Below are positions 59,263-64,000 of a DNA stretch of 64,000 nucleotides, piece by piece. Under the pieces are notes generated by a model. That model was not told the DNA's origin and searched no databases. It was given only the letters and a program-made list of their open reading frames with translations. The DNA comes from a virus. The stretch's first letter is position 1. Every line of letters begins with the position of its first letter. The position numbers were made by a program, and so were the translations under genes. The stretch covers positions 32,001-96,000 of IMG/VR virus record IMGVR_UViG_3300033149_001989; one strand, 5' to 3'.

Positions 59263-59323
59263 TGGTCTGGGTGGTTGAATTCGAACCAACGACCTCCTGG
59301 CTCTGTCACTAACGTACACCCAG
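59263..59323 (-). pseudogene. Truncated tRNA-like gene (acceptor stem, T-arm and CCA intact; D and anticodon arms collapsed)
   Basis: CTGGGTG...GTTGG-TTCGAAT-TCAAC-CACCCAG-A-CCA; 61 nt; Pro-like C1:G72, A73. Confidence 0.7.
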
Positions 59324-59324
59324 A

Positions 59325-59400
59325 TGGTCAGGGTGGGAGAATTTGAATCTCCTCTAAATGCTCCCAAAGCACTTGTGCTACCGTTAAACACTACACCCTG
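59325..59400 (-). tRNA. tRNA-Pro(TGG)
   Basis: Loop TT-TGG-GA, encoded CCA. Confidence 0.9.
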
Positions 59401-59434
59401 TACATTCCGATTACCTAACACATATTCCTCTTCT

Positions 59435-60034
59435 TTAATAATCAATTACTATTGGTTTGTTAACCAAATGATAACATTCATTGACCACCGAAGCGTTTAT
59501 AAATCTAGTTTCACGATTATACTTCTCTCCATACGCTTCGTGAATATGACCAAAAACGTGAAATTGCGGTTTAATTTCCCTTACCTTGTCCAATAATGAT
59601 TGCGAACCAGCACAAACGTTCCCAATTGTTCTATCCAAGAATCCCCTTGGTGGCGAGTGAGTTATCAAAATATCCGTTCCTCTTGGTATCTGTTCCCACA
59701 TCTTTGCAAGTTCTTTTTCACCAGTCATAAAAGCCCAAGCACCAAATTTAGGGCTAAACGGGGAAGCCCAAACCTTTATTCCTTTAAACTTTAGCGGCTC
59801 GTTTATCAAGGTTATTGCATTCTTTAATTGCCTATCTCTCGTAACAAACCTGAAATCGTGGTTACCTGGTGTAAAGATTATATAATTAAATGGCAACGTT
59901 CCCAACCAAGCATCAAACATATCAACTTCCTCATCATTGCCCATCATGGTGGCATCACCAGCGTGGATTAAAACATCACCTTCTGGTAACTCTGGTGTTA
60001 ACCCATGTGTATCTGATATAATTACTAATCTCAT
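59435..60034 (-). CDS. Calcineurin-like metallophosphoesterase
   Basis: ISDTHG, HAGD, GNHD, ITHSPP, FGHIHE. Confidence 0.9.
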   Translation of the reverse strand: MRLVIISDTHGLTPELPEGDVLIHAGDATMMGNDEEVDMFDAWLGTLPFNYIIFTPGNHDFRFVTRDRQLKNAITLINEPLKFKGIKVWASPFSPKFGAWAFMTGEKELAKMWEQIPRGTDILITHSPPRGFLDRTIGNVCAGSQSLLDKVREIKPQFHVFGHIHEAYGEKYNRETRFINASVVNECYHLVNKPIVIDY

Positions 60035-60108
60035 TGGTGGAGGTTACGAGACTCGAACTCGTCTTAATGCCTTGCAAGGGCATTGTTCTCCCGCTGAACT
60101 AAACCCCC
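60035..60108 (-). tRNA. tRNA-Ala(TGC)
   Basis: G3:U70, loop CT-TGC-AA, encoded CCA. Confidence 0.92.
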
Positions 60109-60214
60109 TTTATTTAATATCTCTTCCCAAGTCAAACCGAGATTACGCATACACCAATGTACTGCCTTGTGGCAAATACCACATTTGTGCGTCAGTTATA
60201 CTATAATCATCCAT

Positions 60215-60306
60215 TGGTGGGAGAGGTAGGACTTGAACCTACAACGTTTACCCTGTGGGTGGGAGTTTTACAGACTCCTGCCTTCACCAATTCGGCTCAC
60301 TCTCCC
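60215..60306 (-). tRNA. tRNA-Tyr(GTA)
   Basis: Loop CT-GTA-AA, long variable arm, encoded CCA. Confidence 0.9.
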
Positions 60307-60352
60307 TAATGTTCCCAAATTGAGGTGGTTTAAATTCTTTAGAGCTACCTCT

Positions 60353-60487
60353 CAGGGTTTTCAGCAGACCATCTACCTTCCACAGCGGATACAGCACCAT
60401 GATGATTGCCGTTCACTCAAACTGGTTAGATTTTCCCGCACCTGCCCCTAGCTACGGCTAGTTAGGTGTATCTGCTTACTAACCCTG
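60353..60487 (-). ncRNA. Candidate structured ncRNA inside the tRNA array (unassigned)
   Basis: Closing stems CAGGGTT/AACCCTG and AGCAGAT/GTCTGCT; inner CACCT/AGGTG and CTAGC-CGTA-GCTAG. Confidence 0.45.
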
Positions 60488-60562
60488 TGTCGGTGATGAG
60501 ATTCGAACTCACACTGAGTAGATTTTAAGTCTACTACCTCTGCCAAATTGGGTTACACCGAC
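60488..60562 (-). tRNA. tRNA-Leu(TAA), short variable loop
   Basis: Loop CT-TAA-AA, A73. Confidence 0.85.
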
Positions 60563-60895
60563 TTAATCCAACCAACCTTTCAGGTATCGTGACTTTCTAA
60601 TTGCCAAATCAACTTCTGCAAACTGGTCAATCACATCTAGCATCTGACGTGCTTCTCTAATAGGAATATAACCCCAATGCCTTCGAGGATTACCGCACAC
60701 ACAACAAGAACAGGGAACTCTGGTTTTTCTATAAATTCCTAGAAATCTCTCAATTTCATAATCTGTAAACTTGTACCTTGTACCAGATTGTTTTTTATTT
60801 CTAGGATTAAACCCGTGCCATTTCTTGAAAACTTTGGTGGCTACCTTATTGGCAATGACTAATCTATTTCCACGCACGAAACCTCCGTTGCTCAA
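60563..60895 (-). CDS. Hypothetical phage protein
   Basis: KTRVPCSCCVCGNPRR. Confidence 0.6.
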   Translation of the reverse strand: MSNGGFVRGNRLVIANKVATKVFKKWHGFNPRNKKQSGTRYKFTDYEIERFLGIYRKTRVPCSCCVCGNPRRHWGYIPIREARQMLDVIDQFAEVDLAIRKSRYLKGWLD

Positions 60896-60928
60896 TCTAC
60901 ATATTTATCGCTATCACCTCAGTTGGCT

Positions 60929-61007
60929 TGGCGGGAGTGGAAGGACTTGAACCCTCATTACCTCGTTTTGGAGACGAATATTTTTTATCCAATTAAACTA
61001 CACTCCC
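60929..61007 (-). tRNA. tRNA-Trp(CCA)
   Basis: Loop CT-CCA-AA, G73, encoded CCA. Confidence 0.88.
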
Positions 61008-61014
61008 TTAATAG

Positions 61015-61088
61015 TACCCAGGGAGAGATTCGAACTCTCAAAATCTCGCTTTTGAGGCGAACACGTCTACCAATTGCGTCACCTGGGC
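61015..61088 (-). tRNA. tRNA-Leu(CAA), short variable loop
   Basis: Loop CT-CAA-AA, A73. Confidence 0.85.
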
Positions 61089-61244
61089 TTATAGGTTTTT
61101 TCGTTCACAATATATGATATAAGACTTTTATTTATCGCACAACAGGGTATATGACACCCCACACCTTCTTGCTAATCTAATTTCCTCGGCTTGTTCTTCG
61201 ATATTCTTCTTCATTATGACAAGGTATAATCACTACCGCATCTG

Positions 61245-61317
61245 AGCGGGTGATGGGTTTCGAACCCACTACCTTCTGGACGGCAACCAAACGTTCATCC
61301 AAATGAACTTCACCCGC
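61245..61317 (-). tRNA. tRNA-Gly(GCC)
   Basis: GCGGGTG/CACCCGC-T; loop TT-GCC-GT. Confidence 0.88.
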
Positions 61318-61520
61318 TTATTTCTTTTTCCACTTTATGTTTGCTCTCAAGAATTCAAACCAAGTGTCAAAATTTACATAATGCACAACTTCTTTGTTTT
61401 GTGTATAGCAAGAAAACCTGATAGGACAACACTCACAACCCCTCTGAACATTCTACTGTGAAGGGGTATATTCCTGCTAATGCTTTATCCCTGTATCAAT
61501 GTATAATTCCATTATTCCAT
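61318..61520 (-). pseudogene. Frameshifted small gene carrying the CxxCxxRFxC[ST] module
   Basis: ...IYPFTVECSEG / GCECCPIRFSCYTQNKEVVHYVNFDTWFEFLRANIKWKKK*; module at 61437-61402. Confidence 0.55.
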
Positions 61521-61521
61521 T

Positions 61522-61596
61522 TGGGGTGAGCGGTGGGTATCGAACCCACTTCAAGAGGGTCACAACCTCTTATTCTGCTTTTGAACTACGCCCACC
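61522..61596 (-). tRNA. tRNA-His(GTG)
   Basis: G-1:C73, loop TT-GTG-AC, encoded CCA. Confidence 0.9.
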
Positions 61597-61597
61597 A

Positions 61598-61752
61598 TTT
61601 CTACCAGCGAATGTCTCAATCTGACTATTACAGTTTGGGCAGAGAGGTCTCAAGTTCTCTAGTCTAGAATTGTCTCTTACACCGTTTTTATGGTCAAGAA
61701 TAAGAACCATAGGTTTGCCTTGCCAAATAGGTTCTAATCCACAAATTGCACA
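61598..61752 (-). pseudogene. HNH endonuclease remnant
   Basis: CAICG...WQGKPMVLILDHKNG..DNSRLENLRPLCPNCNSQ, preceded by an in-frame stop. Confidence 0.7.
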
Positions 61753-61798
61753 TTAGATAATTGCTATATCTTACTTCTTTTCCTACGTTTCATACTTA

Positions 61799-62296
61799 TC
61801 ACACCAAAATTTTAGTAAACGTTAGCTGACTGGGTAAGGGTATCTTATATGTAAACCACGCTGTTGCAAACCAAGGTATTTGCTTACCAGACGGTATTTC
61901 GAACTTTACTCTCTTATTCATCAAAAGAAGACTAATCCCATATCGTGAGAATAATTCCTGTCTTGCTTCCGATTCCAAAGCCGTTAAAGGAAGAAGTAAA
62001 GCGAATGGTTTACCAAGACTGTAACATCGCTCCAGCACTCTTGTCTTAATGGAGTAAGGTGGATTACTGACAATGGCATCAAAGTTATCGGGACATTTAG
62101 TCAAACAGTCATAATTAGTACCAATAACCTTAAATCCTTTCTCACGCAAAACAGTAGTAACATTACCAGTAGCTTCCGAAAGTTCCCAAATAGTCCACAC
62201 CTTATTCAGGTAAGGAATTAGTGGTTCCACCGCATAATTAGGAGTATATACTTCATCCTGTTTTTTGTTATGTAATAATCTAAGTTTACTATCCAT
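61799..62296 (-). CDS. Adenine amino-methyltransferase (NPPY)
   Basis: DEVYTP.YAVEPL, IVSNPPYS, KPFALLLP. Confidence 0.75.
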   Translation of the reverse strand: MDSKLRLLHNKKQDEVYTPNYAVEPLIPYLNKVWTIWELSEATGNVTTVLREKGFKVIGTNYDCLTKCPDNFDAIVSNPPYSIKTRVLERCYSLGKPFALLLPLTALESEARQELFSRYGISLLLMNKRVKFEIPSGKQIPWFATAWFTYKIPLPSQLTFTKILV

Positions 62297-62344
62297 AGTT
62301 TTTTCGTCTTACTCTACAATACTTTTTATCTTCTTTCATATTAA

Positions 62345-62373
62345 ATAGTACCACGTGCCCGACAAAAAGTCAA
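62345..62373 (-). promoter_or_regulatory. sigma70-type promoter
   Basis: TTGACT-17nt-TACTAT, TG extension. Confidence 0.65.
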
Positions 62374-62393
62374 GTACATCCTTTCAGCCGAAA

Positions 62394-62470
62394 TGGTGGA
62401 GATAACAGGATTCGAACCTGTACTAAATTGGTTCTTAGCCAATTGCCTCTACCAATTGGGCTATATCTCC
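62394..62470 (-). tRNA. tRNA-Leu(AAG), short variable loop
   Basis: ATTGG-CT-AAG-AA-CCAAT; A73; encoded CCA. Confidence 0.85.
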
Positions 62471-62513
62471 AGAGTGGTCACTAAAATAAAAACTTTATGC
62501 TTCAATATATCAA

Positions 62514-62588
62514 TGGTTCCCAAGTGAGGATTCGAACCTCAAATTCAACGTTCAGAGCGTTACGTCCTACCTGTTAGACTACTTGGGA
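62514..62588 (-). tRNA. tRNA-Gln(CTG)
   Basis: Loop CT-CTG-AA, encoded CCA. Confidence 0.88.
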
Positions 62589-62593
62589 ATAAT

Positions 62594-62650
62594 TGGTTGC
62601 GGTAACTGGGATTCGAACCATCGGTTAACAGCCGAGTCTATTATACCGCA
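62594..62650 (-). pseudogene. Truncated tRNA-Asn(GTT)-like gene (no D-arm, shortened variable/T region)
   Basis: TGCGGTA/TACCGCA-A-CCA; TCGG-CT-GTT-AA-CCGA; GGTTCGAATCC; 57 nt. Confidence 0.7.
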
Positions 62651-62690
62651 AAATATTCTTTCCTTTACAATCTATTACGTTCGGCAGGAA

Positions 62691-63209
62691 TTAGATTTGT
62701 CCAGTACTAAACTTTTCTAACATTTCTTTTTGTTCGTCAGTTAAAGCTTTTGGTAGAACTACCCTTAAAATAAAGTAGTATTTATTATTACCATCTTGTA
62801 CATGTATTATTTGTCCATTTTGGGACAATTCTGGTATTTTTAAAGAAATTTTTTTACCAATATCAACAACCTTCACCCCACCAAGAATCATTGTTAACCA
62901 GTCCACTGGGATTTCTATCTGAACAGTTCTGACAGTATACCCACTACCCCAACGGGCAAAAACATCATCAAATGGATTACTAAAATTAAACTCCCTGTAA
63001 AATATATCAAACGGGTTTATATTTTGCCTATGTTTTAGTCGCTTCGTTAACCCCTCGTAGGCTTCGTTGATTTCTTTGAACCTATTCTCTGCTTCGATAG
63101 ATTTATTCACATCAGGATGCCACTTTCGTGCTAACCTACGATATGCCTTCTTAATCTCATCAAGTGAGGCATTTCTGTTTACCCCTAGTATCTTATAGTA
63201 ATCCTTCAT
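62691..63209 (-). CDS. J-domain (DnaJ-like) co-chaperone
   Basis: KDYYKILGV...[15 protein letters not shown]...FKEINEAYE; short DnaJ C-terminal segment. Confidence 0.9.
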   Translation of the reverse strand: MKDYYKILGVNRNASLDEIKKAYRRLARKWHPDVNKSIEAENRFKEINEAYEGLTKRLKHRQNINPFDIFYREFNFSNPFDDVFARWGSGYTVRTVQIEIPVDWLTMILGGVKVVDIGKKISLKIPELSQNGQIIHVQDGNNKYYFILRVVLPKALTDEQKEMLEKFSTGQI

Positions 63210-63235
63210 ATTTCCCTCATAATACGTGGATTTGC

Positions 63236-63628
63236 TTATGAGACAAACCTAGTTATAGCCCTCCCCTTTAATATATTCACTAACGTAGGAAAAGGAATAT
63301 GCTTTGCTCCTGGCAAATCATAAAGCATCATTTTAGCACCAGCATAATTTAGGGTGTGTATTATAATTTGCTTACTTCTTATATTATTATCAGCGATATA
63401 TTTAGCTACCCACCACCCAGTATTGGGGTCAAGTGAATCTACATAAACCTTTCCACCCAAGTCGTGGTCTAGAAACATAATATCAAAGTCATTTTCATTC
63501 TTTAAGATTTCAATTGCTGTATCTCTGGAGTCCGCCACAAAAATCACAGATTCATTAATCACGTCTTTCAACAGTCTCAACAGAGTGTTTTGTCGTTCTA
63601 CCATATCATCTAAGATAAATATTTTCAT
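63236..63628 (-). CDS. Stand-alone receiver-like domain protein
   Basis: MKIFILDD...MFLDHDLG...TG..VA...IIIHTLN; start moved to ATG 63628 because upstream sequence is tRNA. Confidence 0.75.
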   Translation of the reverse strand: MKIFILDDMVERQNTLLRLLKDVINESVIFVADSRDTAIEILKNENDFDIMFLDHDLGGKVYVDSLDPNTGWWVAKYIADNNIRSKQIIIHTLNYAGAKMMLYDLPGAKHIPFPTLVNILKGRAITRFVS

Positions 63629-63630
63629 TT

Positions 63631-63707
63631 TGGCTCTGGTGGCTAGGCTCGAACTAGCATATTTCTCCTTAACAGGGAGGTTCATTACCTTATTATGATA
63701 CACCAGA
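63631..63707 (-). tRNA. tRNA-Asn(GTT)
   Basis: Loop CT-GTT-AA, G73, encoded CCA. Confidence 0.88.
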
Positions 63708-63711
63708 ATCG

Positions 63712-63786
63712 AGGCACGGGTGGGAATTGAATCCACGTATGCGGTCTTGCAAACCGCCGCCTAAACCTAACTCGGACCACCGTGCC
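63712..63786 (-). tRNA. tRNA-Cys(GCA)
   Basis: Loop TT-GCA-AG, U73. Confidence 0.88.
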
Positions 63787-63828
63787 ACTTTCTTCATTTT
63801 ATCTTTATACGGTATTTATTTTTCTATG

Positions 63829-63903
63829 CCCCCCGTAGCGGACTTGAACCGCTAATCTCTCTGCTCGACAGGCAGGTATTTTAGCCGATTAAACTAACGA
63901 GGG
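63829..63903 (-). tRNA. tRNA-Asp(GTC)
   Basis: Loop CT-GTC-GA, G73. Confidence 0.85.
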
Positions 63904-64000
63904 ATGTTGCTCAACCAACACTAATGACCTTATTTCTCTTTTCTATAAAGAGTACCTTCTATATTAACTGTATTAGGAAACTTGACCCACGCATATTTCA

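Noticed and set aside
8968-61437. Cys tag as a DNA-level mobile repeat or DGR target
   Set aside because: Codons differ freely between copies, I saw no conserved flanks or terminal repeats, and no reverse transcriptase is present in the window.
63629-63736. N-terminal extension of the receiver-domain ORF (likewise 58792-58860)
   Set aside because: These extensions are read-through of tRNA genes; the real starts lie downstream.

Overview
This 64-kb window comes from a large, AT-rich tailed bacteriophage genome. Genes run on the - strand from 1 to about 15.7 kb, on the + strand from about 16.2 to 56.5 kb, and on the - strand again to the end. The left arm carries a terminase large subunit (partial), an intein-containing class II ribonucleotide reductase, dUTPase, a ClpP-like protease and a tmRNA. 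Between 11 and 16 kb lies a block of single-promoter mini-cassettes studded with a repeated GGCA-N4-TGCC/GAACAG box. The long + arm holds accessory genes: kinase, GHKL ATPase, DNA ligase, Ku, MoxR/vWA, methyltransferases, intein-containing UDG, peptide deformylase, RNA ligase and CCA-adding enzyme. The right arm has an atypical RNase P RNA and an array of 17 tRNAs plus 2 truncated tRNA-like genes. The most striking signal is a 12-residue peptide module, C-x2-C-x2-[RK]-[FY]-x-C-[FWYLM]-[TS], found in about 27 mostly unrelated small proteins across the window. It is conserved in protein but not in DNA and is absent from the housekeeping enzymes, which suggests a genome-wide metal-binding tag or docking system. 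All calls come from reading the sequence by eye; no database search was run.
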